A stretch of 63,957 bases of DNA, filler included, from Actinomycetota bacterium (lineage in GTDB: Bacteria; Actinomycetota; Acidimicrobiia; IMCC26256; VFJJ01), in NCBI GenBank assembly GCA_009886115.1. It is 5 parts of 5 records of this genome, joined end to end, with 100 filler letters (N's around TTAATTAATTAA, not from the genome) between each part and the next. Parts side by side here need not be neighbours in the genome. Positions count along the whole stretch, not along the records: positions 16,414 to 28,401 come from VFJJ01000096.1; positions 28,502 to 44,605 come from VFJJ01000223.1; 3 more parts are not named here. One strand, given 5' to 3'. Made by a program: the position numbers and the translations under genes. Below are positions 20,674-30,492 of the stretch, one piece after another. The notes beneath the pieces are model-generated. The model ran no database searches, was not told the DNA's origin, and worked only from the letters and a program-made list of their open reading frames with translations. Positions within the stretch are counted from its first letter, which is position 1; each line of letters starts with the position of its first letter.

Positions 20674-22629
20674 ATGCACTTCGGACGCCAGGTCTGCAAC
20701 GACCTCGATGCGGCGAGCACTCGCGAGTGGCTGGTCGCCGACGGGATCGGCGGGTACGCCATGGGTACCGTCGCCGGCCTGCGCACGCGGCGCTACCACG
20801 GGCTGCTCGTGGTGGCTGGCGAGCACCTGGGCGCCCGTTCGGTGGGCCTGGCCGAGCTCGACGCCGTCGTGGTCATCGGCGATCGGCGCGTCGCGCTGTC
20901 GTGTCACGAATGGGCCGGCGGTGCGGTCGAGCCCAACGGCCATCACCTGCTCGAGCGGTTCGAGCTGGTCGACGGGCTGCCCCGCTGGCGATGGAACCTC
21001 GGCGGCGTCGTGATCGAGCGCGAACTCGCCGTGGCTTACGGTCGGTCGCTCAGCGCCGTGGTGCATCGGCTGATCAGGGCCGACGGGCCGGTCAGGCTCG
21101 AGCTCACGCCCTTGTGCACCTGGCGTGACGCTCACGGGGAGCGCTTCGCGTACGGCGAGCCGTCGGTCACGCCGGCCAGCGACGGCTTCGTGTTCGAGGA
21201 TCGCTTCCGTGTCGTCGGCCCTAACTGGCAGCCGTCAGGCGAGTGGTATCGGGGCGCCTGGCTGCGGGCCGAGGCCGACCGCGGGCTGGGCGCCGTCGAG
21301 GATCTGTGGGCGGCCGGCCGCTTCGTGGCGGTGCTCGACGCAGGTGAGGAATGCCGCGTTGTCGCCGGGGCCGCTCCCTTCGACGGTTGTCTCCCCGACG
21401 CGGCAACGGTGATCGGTGAGCGCAGGGCCTGGGCCCGATCGGTCGTCGCAACAGCTCACGCGAGCGGCGACCACGACGCGACCCTGGCCCTGGCCGCCGA
21501 CTCGTTCATCGTGTCAACCCCGACCGGCCCGTCGGTCGTTGCCGGCTATCCGTGGTTCGGGGAGTGGTCACGCGACACCATGACTTCGTACGAAGGCCTG
21601 TTCCTCGCCACCCGCCGCTACGACGAGGGACGGGCGCTGCTCCAGCGGGCCTCGCAGACCCTGTCCGAGGGCATGCTGGCCAACACCGCCGACGCCGGCG
21701 GGCTCGAGTACAACACGGCCGACGGAACGCTTTGGTTCGTGCACGCGCTGGATCGCCACGTTGCGGCCACCGGCGACACCGACCTGGCGGCATCCGTCTA
21801 CGCCGATGTCGAAGGGATCTTCGACTGGCACGTGCGGGGCGCCCGGTTCGGCATCGGCGTCGACCCGGCCGACGGGCTGCTGCGCCAAGGCGCCGACGGT
21901 CTCGCGCTCACCTGGATGGACGCCCGGGTTGACGGGCGCCCGATCACCGGTCGGGTCGGCAAGTCTGTGGAGGTCAACGCGCTGTGGATCTCGGCGCTGG
22001 GGACGGCCGTCGAGCTGGCCAGGCACGTCGGTAAGGATCCCAGTCGTTGGGCCGCCCTGGCCGCCGACGCCAGCGCGGCCTTCGCCCGACGCTTCCCCCG
22101 TCCCGACGGTCAGGGGCTCTACGACGTGGTCGACGGTCCCGCCGGCGACGACGCCTCGGTGCGGCCGAACCAGCTCCTTGCTCTGTCGCTGCCCCACGGT
22201 CCGGGCGGTCCCCACTCGATCGTCGACGTCTGCCGGATCGAGCTGCTCACATCGCTCGGGATGCGATCACTCGCCCCGAGCGACCCGGCGTACCGGGGCC
22301 GCCATCAGGGCGGTCCCGCCGAGCGCGACGGCGCCTATCACCAAGGCACCGTCTGGCCCTGGCTCATCGGCCCGTACGTGGAGGCGGAGCAGAAGGCCAC
22401 GACCTCGAACCGCACCTCGAGCGCGTCTCGCGAACGGAGCCGGCTGGGCTCGCTCTCGTCGACGACCGATCTCCTGTTCGGGCTGCTCGACCATCTTGGC
22501 GAGTGGGGTCTGGGTTCGGTGTCGGAGACCGCCGACGGTGACGCGCCTCATCGAGCGACGGGCTGCCCCTTCCAGGCCTGGTCGGTGGCCGAGACCATCC
22601 GAGCCAAGGCGCTTCTCGATCGTTCCTGA
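20674..22629 (+). CDS. Amylo-alpha-1,6-glucosidase (glycogen debranching, GDE_N + GDE_C)
   Basis: REWLVADGIGGYA, RRYHGLL, AGYPWFGEWSRD, TWMDA, RPNQL, YHQGTVWPWL, QAWSVAE. Confidence 0.93.
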   Translation: MHFGRQVCNDLDAASTREWLVADGIGGYAMGTVAGLRTRRYHGLLVVAGEHLGARSVGLAELDAVVVIGDRRVALSCHEWAGGAVEPNGHHLLERFELVDGLPRWRWNLGGVVIERELAVAYGRSLSAVVHRLIRADGPVRLELTPLCTWRDAHGERFAYGEPSVTPASDGFVFEDRFRVVGPNWQPSGEWYRGAWLRAEADRGLGAVEDLWAAGRFVAVLDAGEECRVVAGAAPFDGCLPDAATVIGERRAWARSVVATAHASGDHDATLALAADSFIVSTPTGPSVVAGYPWFGEWSRDTMTSYEGLFLATRRYDEGRALLQRASQTLSEGMLANTADAGGLEYNTADGTLWFVHALDRHVAATGDTDLAASVYADVEGIFDWHVRGARFGIGVDPADGLLRQGADGLALTWMDARVDGRPITGRVGKSVEVNALWISALGTAVELARHVGKDPSRWAALAADASAAFARRFPRPDGQGLYDVVDGPAGDDASVRPNQLLALSLPHGPGGPHSIVDVCRIELLTSLGMRSLAPSDPAYRGRHQGGPAERDGAYHQGTVWPWLIGPYVEAEQKATTSNRTSSASRERSRLGSLSSTTDLLFGLLDHLGEWGLGSVSETADGDAPHRATGCPFQAWSVAETIRAKALLDRS

Positions 22630-22688
22630 TCAACGGTCGGTGAGGCCCTCTTCCAGTCCCTGAATGCCGACAGGAGCTCGTCGAGCAC

Positions 22689-23032
22689 CTAGTTACCCAT
22701 GGAGGCCAGGCACCAAGCGGGATCGCCCGGCATCGTCGGCGGCTCGGCCGGCTTCTCGTGAAACGCCGCGATCCCCTGTCCCGGCCCGGCCTCGATGATC
22801 CCGAAGGCCGAACCTCCGCTCACCGGCACGGGCAGTGCCGCCACCGTTGCGCCGCCACCGGCGAGCATGCGATCGGCGATCATCTGACGCGGATCCATCC
22901 GGTAGATGTGATCGGCGCCGAACACGCACACCAGGTCGGGGTTCTCACTCTCGATCAGGTTCATGTTCTGCAGTACGGCGTCGGCCGAACCCTCGAACCA
23001 GTGCGGGCCGCGGCGCATCTGAGCCGAGATGT
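22689..23032 (-). pseudogene. glgC: Internal fragment of glucose-1-phosphate adenylyltransferase
   Basis: AQMR...WFEGSADAVLQN, FGADHIYRMD, FHEKP, ASMGN then TAG; both termini missing. Confidence 0.85.
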
Positions 23033-23335
23033 CTACAGGGCAGGTTTCTCGAGCGCTCCCGGCGTCGACGCCTTCCAGTCTCGGAACGCGTGGATCAGAC
23101 CGTCGAGTACCCCGGCGGGCACGAGATCCTCCTCGAGCCCTCCGACGGCCTCGACGGTCACCCGGATCTGATCGAGCCACCTGTCGCAGCCCTGGCAGAC
23201 GGTGATGTGGTGCTCGAAGCGGGCCCGGTCGTCGAGCGCGAGCGCGCCCTCGAGATAGTCGGTGCACAGCGCGATGAAGTCGGCGCAAGTGAGCGTGCCC
23301 CAGTCGACCGACGGGTCGTTCTCATCAGGAAACAC
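23033..23335 (-). CDS. Zinc-binding anti-sigma factor (zf-HC2)
   Basis: C...TDYLEG...HITVCQGC (HxxxCxxC); overlaps the sigma stop. Confidence 0.88.
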   Translation of the reverse strand: MFPDENDPSVDWGTLTCADFIALCTDYLEGALALDDRARFEHHITVCQGCDRWLDQIRVTVEAVGGLEEDLVPAGVLDGLIHAFRDWKASTPGALEKPAL

Positions 23336-23975
23336 GGAGATACTCCTCCAACACGTTCCTCACCCTGGTTCGAGCCCGGTGCAACAGCACCCGCTGGTTG
23401 GCTTCTGAGAGTTGCAGCGCTTCGCAGACCTCGGCCGAAGTCCAACCGTCGATGTCCCTGAGCGTGATCACCTCGCGCTGAGCGGGAGGCAGCTTGTCTA
23501 TCGTCTCGTTGATCAGTGCTCGCGTTTCATTCCCGAGCGCTCGTTCTTCGGGGGCTCCGTCCCACGACTCCGGGTACGACGACCACCAACCGGCGAACTT
23601 GGGATCGTCGGAGCCCCTCAAGCGGGACGGATCAACGAGCCAGTCGCCACTCTCGTCCTGCGCGGTGCCGGTGGAGGCGAAAGGAATACTGCGCTTCTCC
23701 TTCACTCCCTTTGTACGCGCAATGTTCGCCAGGATCGTGAACAGCCACGTCTTGAGCGACGATCGCCCTTCGAAGCGGTCGATACCCCGCAATACGCCGA
23801 CCCAGGTCTCCTGGGCGACCTCTTCAGCCACGGCACGGCTCGACACATACGTCATCGCCGTGCGTATCAGTGTCGGCTGATAACGCTCCACGAGGATCCG
23901 GAACGCATCCTCATCGCGCGCTCGCAAGAGCGCGACCAAGTCCGCGTCCTGCGGTGTCGACTGGCGGTCGGTCAT
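23325..23975 (-). CDS. ECF RNA polymerase sigma-70 factor
   Basis: AEEVAQETW, FEGRSSLKTWL (region 2); LPPAQREVITLRD...LHRAR (region 4). Confidence 0.93.
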   Translation of the reverse strand: MTDRQSTPQDADLVALLRARDEDAFRILVERYQPTLIRTAMTYVSSRAVAEEVAQETWVGVLRGIDRFEGRSSLKTWLFTILANIARTKGVKEKRSIPFASTGTAQDESGDWLVDPSRLRGSDDPKFAGWWSSYPESWDGAPEERALGNETRALINETIDKLPPAQREVITLRDIDGWTSAEVCEALQLSEANQRVLLHRARTRVRNVLEEYLRVS

Positions 23976-23988
23976 CACGGGGTTGTCG

Positions 23989-24975
23989 TCACCTGACGAA
24001 GGCGAGCGACAGGGCGAAGTCGCCCGCGGAGTCGGTCCACCACGAGTCGAGCTCGAAGCCCGTCGCGTCGAGCTCACGGGCCACCTTGGCCAGACGGAAC
24101 TTGGCGCTGATCTCGGTCCGGATCTCCTCGCCTGCTTCGATGTCGATCGACATCCCGAGGGTCGGGATCGAGACCGTCTGGTCGTCGAGCGAGCGGAGCC
24201 GCATCTCGATCCACTCCTCGGTCGCGTTCCACAGTGCCACGTGAGCGAAACGATCGGGCGCGAAGTCGGCGCCCAACCGATGGTTCATCACGTGCAACAC
24301 GTTACGGTTGAACTCGGCGGTGACCCCGGCCGCGTCGTCGTATGCCGGCACGAGTCGAGCCGGATCTTTGACCAGGTCGGTCCCCAGGAGCAGCGAGTCG
24401 CCCGGTGCGAGACCAGCCCGCAGGTCGCTCAGGAACGCCTTGCGCTGCAAGGGATCCATGTTTCCGATCGTTCCCCCGAGGAATGCGACCATCCGCCGCC
24501 CACCCGTCGGCAGCTTCGGCAGATGGCGTTCGAAGTCACCGACCACGGCGTGGACGTCGAGCCCCGGGTGCTCGGCGGCAATGGCCTGGCTGGCATCGAC
24601 CAGCGTCTGCTCGCTCACGTCGAAGGGGATGAAGCGGCGGAGCTGGCTGGTCAGCTCGAAGGCATCGAGGAGGATCCGGGTCTTCTCGGACGTGCCCGAC
24701 CCCAACTCGACGAGGGTGTCGGCGCCTGAGCGAGCCGCGATCTTGGCGGCCTCGCGTTCGAGGATCTCGCGCTCGCATCGGGTCGGGTAGTACTCGGGTA
24801 GCCGGGTGATGAGGTCGAACAGTTCCGAGCCCCGATCGTCGTAGAACCATTTGGGCGGAAGGGTACGCGGGCGCTCACCCAGGCCGAGGAACACATCGTC
24901 GCGGAGCGCACGGGCGAGGTCGTCGGCCTGCAAGTGCACGTCGACGCGGATCGTCGAGGGCATCGAACTCTCCAT
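23989..24975 (-). CDS. egtD: L-histidine N-alpha-methyltransferase
   Basis: PPKWFYDDRGS, EYYPTR, ELGSGTSEKT, GGTIGN, TEISAKF. Confidence 0.95.
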   Translation of the reverse strand: MESSMPSTIRVDVHLQADDLARALRDDVFLGLGERPRTLPPKWFYDDRGSELFDLITRLPEYYPTRCEREILEREAAKIAARSGADTLVELGSGTSEKTRILLDAFELTSQLRRFIPFDVSEQTLVDASQAIAAEHPGLDVHAVVGDFERHLPKLPTGGRRMVAFLGGTIGNMDPLQRKAFLSDLRAGLAPGDSLLLGTDLVKDPARLVPAYDDAAGVTAEFNRNVLHVMNHRLGADFAPDRFAHVALWNATEEWIEMRLRSLDDQTVSIPTLGMSIDIEAGEEIRTEISAKFRLAKVARELDATGFELDSWWTDSAGDFALSLAFVR

Positions 24976-24988
24976 GGGGTTTGAGGAC

Positions 24989-26440
24989 TCACACGTCGCG
25001 CGAATCGGCGACGCGTGAATCGGCGTCGCGCGCGCAGCGGAAGCCAGAGAAGATCTGCCGGCGAATCGGGTAATCCCAGTTACGGAAGGTGGTGCGGACA
25101 GCGCTCGGGTGCGTCGCCCAGCTCCCGCCCTTGAGCACCTTGTACTCGGGCCCCCAGAAGACCTCGGAATACTCGCGATACGGGAACGCTCTAAAACCCG
25201 GCCACGCCACGAGGTCAGAAGCCGTCCACTCCCACACGTCGCCCACCATCTGATGGCACCCGTTGGGGCTCACGCCGTCAGGGCGGGAACCCACCGGGGA
25301 CGGGCCGTAGCTGTGGCGACCGCTCACGGCGAGGTTGGCGTGGCGCGTCTCGGGTTCGAGATCGCCCCACGGGTATCGATGCTTGGTGGAGGTGACGGGG
25401 TCCCACGACGCGGCCTTCTCCCATTCGGCCTCGGTGGGGAGGCGCTGGCCCGCCCACCGGGCATACGCGTCGGCCTCGTACCAACACACGTGCTGCACCG
25501 GCTCGTCGAGCGGGAGCTCCTCATCCCAGCCGAAGCGGTTCCGGCGCACCGCCCGGCCTCGATCGTTGACGCCGAGCCAGAACTGGGGATGACACAGCTC
25601 GGCCTCGTCGCGCCACGTCCAACCGGTCGGGCTCCACCAGCGAGGATCGCGATAACCGTCCGCTTCCATGAACTGGAGGTAGGCCCCGTTGGTGACCGGC
25701 GTGGTGTCGATCCAGAAGGGCGAGAGGTCGATCTCGTGGGCGGGGCGCTCGTTGTCGTAGGCCCACGGCTCATCGTCGGTGCCCATGACGAATGGGCCAC
25801 CCTCGATGAGTACCTCAGCCGGGAGCACAGTGGCAGCGGCCGTTCTCGGACCGGCTGCACCCACACGGGGCTCGGGCTCGATCAGTGCCGGCCGATATCC
25901 CGGGAGAGCCATGAGCTGCAGGGTCGCCAGCATCGTCTCGATGTGCTGGTGCTCGTGCTGGATCACCATCCCGTACACGAACCCGTCGTGCTGGAGGGGA
26001 TCGCCACCATCGAACGAGGCTCGCCGGAGCAGGTCGAGCGCCCGGTCGCGGACGGCATGAAGATAACGACGCGCCGCCTCGGGCCCGAGCATCGCCAAGT
26101 TGGGACGGTCGCGGCGGGGATGGCGGAATGCGTCGTAGATCTCGTCGTGTTCGGGGCCGAGGCCGGCCGCACCGAGCGCTCGGACGAGCCACTGATCTTC
26201 GTAATTCCCGATGTGGGCGAGATCCCAGAGCAGTGGCGACATGAGCGGCGAGTGCTGCTGGCGGAGGTGAACCTCGGAGAGGGGTTCGAGCAGCGCCATC
26301 GCTCTCGCACGGGCTCCCACCAGCTCGCCCTCGATGCGCTCGACGGTGGGCTGCTCGACGTGCTCGACGTGCTCGAACGGGGGCGGGTCGACGATGGCGT
26401 CGAGGTCCTGGCACGCGGGCGCAGTCGGCGACCCGGTCAC
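24989..26440 (-). CDS. egtB: Ergothioneine sulfoxide synthase (DinB + FGE domains)
   Basis: LMSPLLWDLAH, QHEHQHIE Fe ligands, RLPTEAEWE, RNWDYPIRRQIF; GTGA overlap with egtA. Confidence 0.93.
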   Translation of the reverse strand: MTGSPTAPACQDLDAIVDPPPFEHVEHVEQPTVERIEGELVGARARAMALLEPLSEVHLRQQHSPLMSPLLWDLAHIGNYEDQWLVRALGAAGLGPEHDEIYDAFRHPRRDRPNLAMLGPEAARRYLHAVRDRALDLLRRASFDGGDPLQHDGFVYGMVIQHEHQHIETMLATLQLMALPGYRPALIEPEPRVGAAGPRTAAATVLPAEVLIEGGPFVMGTDDEPWAYDNERPAHEIDLSPFWIDTTPVTNGAYLQFMEADGYRDPRWWSPTGWTWRDEAELCHPQFWLGVNDRGRAVRRNRFGWDEELPLDEPVQHVCWYEADAYARWAGQRLPTEAEWEKAASWDPVTSTKHRYPWGDLEPETRHANLAVSGRHSYGPSPVGSRPDGVSPNGCHQMVGDVWEWTASDLVAWPGFRAFPYREYSEVFWGPEYKVLKGGSWATHPSAVRTTFRNWDYPIRRQIFSGFRCARDADSRVADSRDV

Positions 26441-27723
26441 GCCACGTGCTCGATCGCCGCGGCCAGGCCCAGCTCGAACATGGTCGACGGAGAGGTACCG
26501 CCCGAGCTCCGCACGGGCTCGAGGGTGTCGTCGGCCGGGCAACGACCTCGTGCGGTGTAGCGATCGAGATACAGCGAGCACAGCTCGACCAGTTCGGCGT
26601 CGATGGCGTTGCGCTCCATGGCCTCGATGGCGGACACGAAACAGGTGACCGCCGCCCTGGCCAGCGCGGGATGGCCCGGGCCGTAGCGGCCGGCGTCGCA
26701 CCACAGCCCGCTCGTGCCCCGCGACGCCTGGTCGGCCTCGGCCGCCGCCAGAGGGTCGTCGAGCAGAGTCGTCGTCACGGCCGCGGCGACCTTCCACCAC
26801 GGGCACGGCAGGGCGTCGAGATACCGGATCTCCAACCAGCCCTTGGGTCGTACCGGCGGGAAGAGGGTCGTGAGGTGATAGTCGAGGTCTTCGGTCGACG
26901 GGAACCCCAGCTCGTGTCCCTGCATGATCCAATCGACGAACCGCAGTGGCTCGGTGATCGGCTGGTACGTGTCGGCGTTCGTGCGAATGCACATCACCCG
27001 CGCCGTGAGGGCGTAGTCGAGCCACGCCGCGCGTCCCCGGCGGGCATCGACCGGACGGGTGCGGGACGGGTCGATGGCCCACCAGACGGCCGAACGGGTG
27101 GAGCGCCAGCCGGTGACGCGGCCACCGGCCAAGGGGGAATTCGCGAATGTGGCGATCAGCGTCGGGCCGAGTTGCTGGGCCAGGCGCCAGCGCCGTTCGG
27201 CGTCCACGGCGTCGCGCCCGTTGTCGAGGTTCACCTGGACCGAGCCCGTCCGGCTCATCATCCAGCGCCCAGCGCAACCGCCGGAGTCGAAATAAGCCTC
27301 CATCGCGTCGTAACGGGGAGCGCGGAGCTGCCGGTGGGGTTGACGCACCGGGTCGACCCCGGCGCCGATCAGGGAGCACCCGTCCCGTGCGAGGGCCTCG
27401 GCCACGACCGCACGATCAGCTTCCATCACATGACAGGCCTCGACGACGCCTCGTCGGGGCGGGGAGCTGAGCTCGACCTGGCCCCCGGGCTCATACGTGA
27501 TCCGGCTTCCTCCGGGTAACGCGCCGTCGTGGCCGCACCGTTCGAGCCGGGACCGCACGGCGTCGAGGTCGACGATGGCCGACGAATCCTCGTCGGAGAA
27601 CACGTGCCACTCGCACTCGAGGCCGACCGTGCCGGACCCGGTGGATGCGAAGCTGCGCTGCCAGACGTGCTCACGAGCTGCAGCGACGGTGAGCGGGGAT
27701 GAGTGAGGAATGCTGGCGGTCAC
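26437..27723 (-). CDS. egtA: Glutamate-cysteine ligase
   Basis: EPGGQVELS, VQVNLD, FANSP, HLTTLFPPVRP, LEIRYLD. Start approximate. Confidence 0.9.
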   Translation of the reverse strand: MTASIPHSSPLTVAAAREHVWQRSFASTGSGTVGLECEWHVFSDEDSSAIVDLDAVRSRLERCGHDGALPGGSRITYEPGGQVELSSPPRRGVVEACHVMEADRAVVAEALARDGCSLIGAGVDPVRQPHRQLRAPRYDAMEAYFDSGGCAGRWMMSRTGSVQVNLDNGRDAVDAERRWRLAQQLGPTLIATFANSPLAGGRVTGWRSTRSAVWWAIDPSRTRPVDARRGRAAWLDYALTARVMCIRTNADTYQPITEPLRFVDWIMQGHELGFPSTEDLDYHLTTLFPPVRPKGWLEIRYLDALPCPWWKVAAAVTTTLLDDPLAAAEADQASRGTSGLWCDAGRYGPGHPALARAAVTCFVSAIEAMERNAIDAELVELCSLYLDRYTARGRCPADDTLEPVRSSGGTSPSTMFELGLAAAIEHVA

Positions 27724-27991
27724 TCTTGGGTCCCCATCGGGCGCCGGACGCGGAGAGACTCGACGACCACCCAAAGTGGGGATGTGTGCCCACTCGCCGT
27801 TTCGATCATGACCGTGTGGTCCTTCCCGGTTCATTCGCGTTACACGCGACCTCGTGGAACCGCCAGCAGTAGTTGTACCCCTCTTCGCTCACGCGAAACA
27901 GGGCGGATGTCGTAACGATCGCTGAACTCTCGGTGACGTGTCGGGGATATCGGTGAGGTGTATCGACGATTCGCTCCCAGGAGGGCAGCTC

Positions 27992-28401
27992 ATGAACCCC
28001 GACAATCGTGACGATGCGAACCACAACGGCGACGGCGACCGCCCGTCCGACTACGACGTGATCGTCATCGGGGGCGGGCCCGCGGGCGAGAACGTGGCCG
28101 GCCGCTGTGCCGACGGGGGCTTGAGGGTCGTGCTGGTCGAGCGCGAGCTCGTCGGAGGGGAGTGCTCGTACTGGGGCTGTATGCCGTCGAAGGTACTCCT
28201 GCGACCGGGCGAGGTGGTCGCGGCGGCTCGACGGGTACCCGGAGCAGCCCAGGCCGTCACCGGAGCCATCGACGTGGCCGCGGTGCTGGCCCGACGCGAC
28301 TCGACGGTCGGGAATTTCGACGACGAAGGCCAGCTCCCGTGGCTGGATTCGAAAGGGATCGCCCTGGTACGCGGCACGGCCCGCCTGACCGGCGAACGCA
28401 C
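27992..28401 (+). CDS. Class I pyridine nucleotide-disulfide oxidoreductase, cut by contig end
   Basis: GGGPAG and GGECSYWGCMPSK redox disulfide motif. Confidence 0.88.
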
Positions 28402-28501
28402 NNNNNNNNNNNNNNNNNNNNNNNNNNNNNNNNNNNNNNNNNNNNTTAATTAATTAANNNNNNNNNNNNNNNNNNNNNNNNNNNNNNNNNNNNNNNNNNN
28501 N
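28402..28501. other. Artificial contig spacer
   Basis: N run with TTAATTAATTAA. Confidence 0.99.
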
Positions 28502-28606
28502 CACGATCGAGCGCCATCTTTCGTCACCCTAGAACCCCGGGGAGGGTCGATCGATACTTTCCCCTTGGGGCGCCTGGAATACCTCGCACGGTGACCGGAC
28601 GGCTAC

Positions 28607-28680
28607 GCATTCGCGGGGCATTCGCGGGGCGTTCGCGGGCATTCGGCGGGCGTTCGCGGGCGTTCGCGGGGCGTTCGGCG
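28607..28680. repeat. Degenerate 10-11 bp tandem repeat GC(A/G)TTCGCGGG, about 7 units
   Basis: Seen directly upstream of the methyltransferase. Confidence 0.8.
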
Positions 28681-28764
28681 ATCCGCGGATGGGCTCGACG
28701 AACGTCGGCCGACTCCTCGTCGCTCCGTTCGCTCAGGTCGGGCGCGGCTGTAGCGTTCGCAGCG

Positions 28765-29394
28765 ATGGCAATCGACGAGACGTTGTTCAATCGAGCCAAG
28801 GCCGCCAAGGGGTTCATGCCCGACGACGAGGGGCTGGCGCTTCACGACGCGGCCCTGGTGGGTGCGGCCGTGGGACCCCTGCTGGAAATCGGAACGTACT
28901 GCGGGAAATCGGCCGTCTACCTGGGGGCGGCGGCTCGTGCCGCAGCCACGGTCGTGTTCACCGTCGACCACCATCGCGGAAGCGAGGAGAACCAGGCCGG
29001 CTGGCCCTGGCACGACCCCACGGTTGTCGACGCCGGCACCGGCCGCATGGACACGCTGCCGTTCTTCCGCCGCACGATCGAGGACGCCGGGCTCGAAGAC
29101 GTGGTGATCGCGGTGATCGGCCGTTCCACCACGGTCGCCCGATGGTGGGGCCGCTCGTTGGGATTCGTGTTCATCGACGGCGGTCATGCCGAGGATGTGG
29201 CCCAGGCCGACCTCGTCGCCTGGGCGCCGCACCTCGCCGTCGGGGGCGTACTGGCCATCCACGACGTGTTCGAGGACCCGGCCGACGGCGGCCAAGCCCC
29301 GTTCCACGTCTGGCAGACGGCCCTCGCCTCCGGCGACTACGAGGACTGGCGCCGCACCGGCTCGCTCCGGTGCCTCCGCCGCCTGAGCGCCTGA
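28765..29394 (+). CDS. Class I SAM methyltransferase, MeT1-like (MMP 1-O-methyltransferase)
   Basis: GFMPDDEG, EIGTYCGKS, VDHHRGSEE, FIDGGH, IHDVF; cluster context. Confidence 0.8.
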   Translation: MAIDETLFNRAKAAKGFMPDDEGLALHDAALVGAAVGPLLEIGTYCGKSAVYLGAAARAAATVVFTVDHHRGSEENQAGWPWHDPTVVDAGTGRMDTLPFFRRTIEDAGLEDVVIAVIGRSTTVARWWGRSLGFVFIDGGHAEDVAQADLVAWAPHLAVGGVLAIHDVFEDPADGGQAPFHVWQTALASGDYEDWRRTGSLRCLRRLSA

Positions 29395-29409
29395 GCCGGG
29401 CTGACCACT

Positions 29410-29461
29410 CGATCAGGAGTGAGAAGTACCTGCTGGAGGGGGCACAACTCACTCTTGGTCG
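29410..29461. repeat. 52-bp palindromic element, family A copy 2
   Basis: CGATCAGGAGTGAG...CTCACTCTTGGTCG at a convergent junction; overlaps the 3' end of the minus-strand gene. Confidence 0.8.
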
Positions 29462-30492
29462 GGAAGGCCGTCACCACGGAACAGGCGGGCGGTGGGCGAT
29501 GACGGGGAGTCGAGGCCGTCGGCGGCGAGAATGATCGCGGCCGACGTCCACGTCGACTTCCGATCGGGCCAGAAGACGTCATCGGGGAAGACCCACCCTT
29601 CCCAGTAGGCGCCATCGTCGGCCCGGAGGAACTGCACAGCGTCGAACACCGCCCGGGCATGGACCCGGTCGCCGATCGCCAGCAACGCCAACACCAGCTC
29701 GCACGACTCGGCGGCGGTCACCCACGGGCGATCGTGGACGCAGCGCACACCCATCCCCGGCTCGAGGAACATCTCCCACCGCTCGCCCAAGCGACGCACG
29801 GCCTCGGGGCCGCGGAGCGCTCCTCCGAGGATGGGGTAGTACCAGTCCATCGCCCAGCGGTCGCGCGAGCCGAAGGCCTCGGGCCGGTGCAACAACGCGT
29901 CGCGCAATCGGCCGAGGGCGCTGTGCCAGTGCCTCCGCTCGTGCCCCAACGCCGTGGCGACGGCCAGGGCGCAGCTGAGGCTCATGTGAATCGACGACGA
30001 CCCGGTGAGCAGGGCCTCCTCCCACGGACGGCCATCGGCATGACGGGCCCACCACACGGCGCCGCTGGGAGCCTGCAAGCCGAGGACGAACTCGATGGCC
30101 GCGTCGACCATGGGCCACATCTCGGCCAGGAACGCCCCGTCACCGGTTTCCAGATGATGCTGCCAGACGCCGACGGCCACGTACGCGCAGATGTTCGTGT
30201 CGACGTTGGGGTCCTTCACCGTGAGCCCGTCGGCGTGGTAGTAGCTCGCCCAGGTGCCATCGTCGCGTTGCGTGGACCGCAACCAGCCGTAGGCCCGCTC
30301 GGCCTCGCGATGCAGACCGCCCACCGTGAGGGCCATGGCCGACTCGACGTGGTTCCACGGGTCGACGTGGTCGCCCGGGCACCACAGGACGGCCCCCGAC
30401 GGGAGCTGCACCGAGGCGATGGCCTCCACGGTCTCCTTGCGCTGCACCCGGCTGAGCGCGTGCTCCATCGGGATCGCGTCGTGTTCGGTCAT
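29449..30492 (-). CDS. Alpha/alpha-barrel 'prenyltransferase-like' protein, MmpH-like hydrolase
   Basis: DPWNHVE, QRDDGTW, ALLTGSSS, MDWYYP, PWVTAAESCE; ATGA-coupled to the methyltransferase. Confidence 0.75.
   Translation of the reverse strand: MTEHDAIPMEHALSRVQRKETVEAIASVQLPSGAVLWCPGDHVDPWNHVESAMALTVGGLHREAERAYGWLRSTQRDDGTWASYYHADGLTVKDPNVDTNICAYVAVGVWQHHLETGDGAFLAEMWPMVDAAIEFVLGLQAPSGAVWWARHADGRPWEEALLTGSSSIHMSLSCALAVATALGHERRHWHSALGRLRDALLHRPEAFGSRDRWAMDWYYPILGGALRGPEAVRRLGERWEMFLEPGMGVRCVHDRPWVTAAESCELVLALLAIGDRVHARAVFDAVQFLRADDGAYWEGWVFPDDVFWPDRKSTWTSAAIILAADGLDSPSSPTARLFRGDGLPDQE

Noticed and set aside
24989..26440. egtB as selenoneine synthase SenA, given the Sec-Prx candidate
   Set aside because: No senB or selD-like neighbour; egtA adjacency and motifs fit ergothioneine. 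It is also on a different contig from the Prx.
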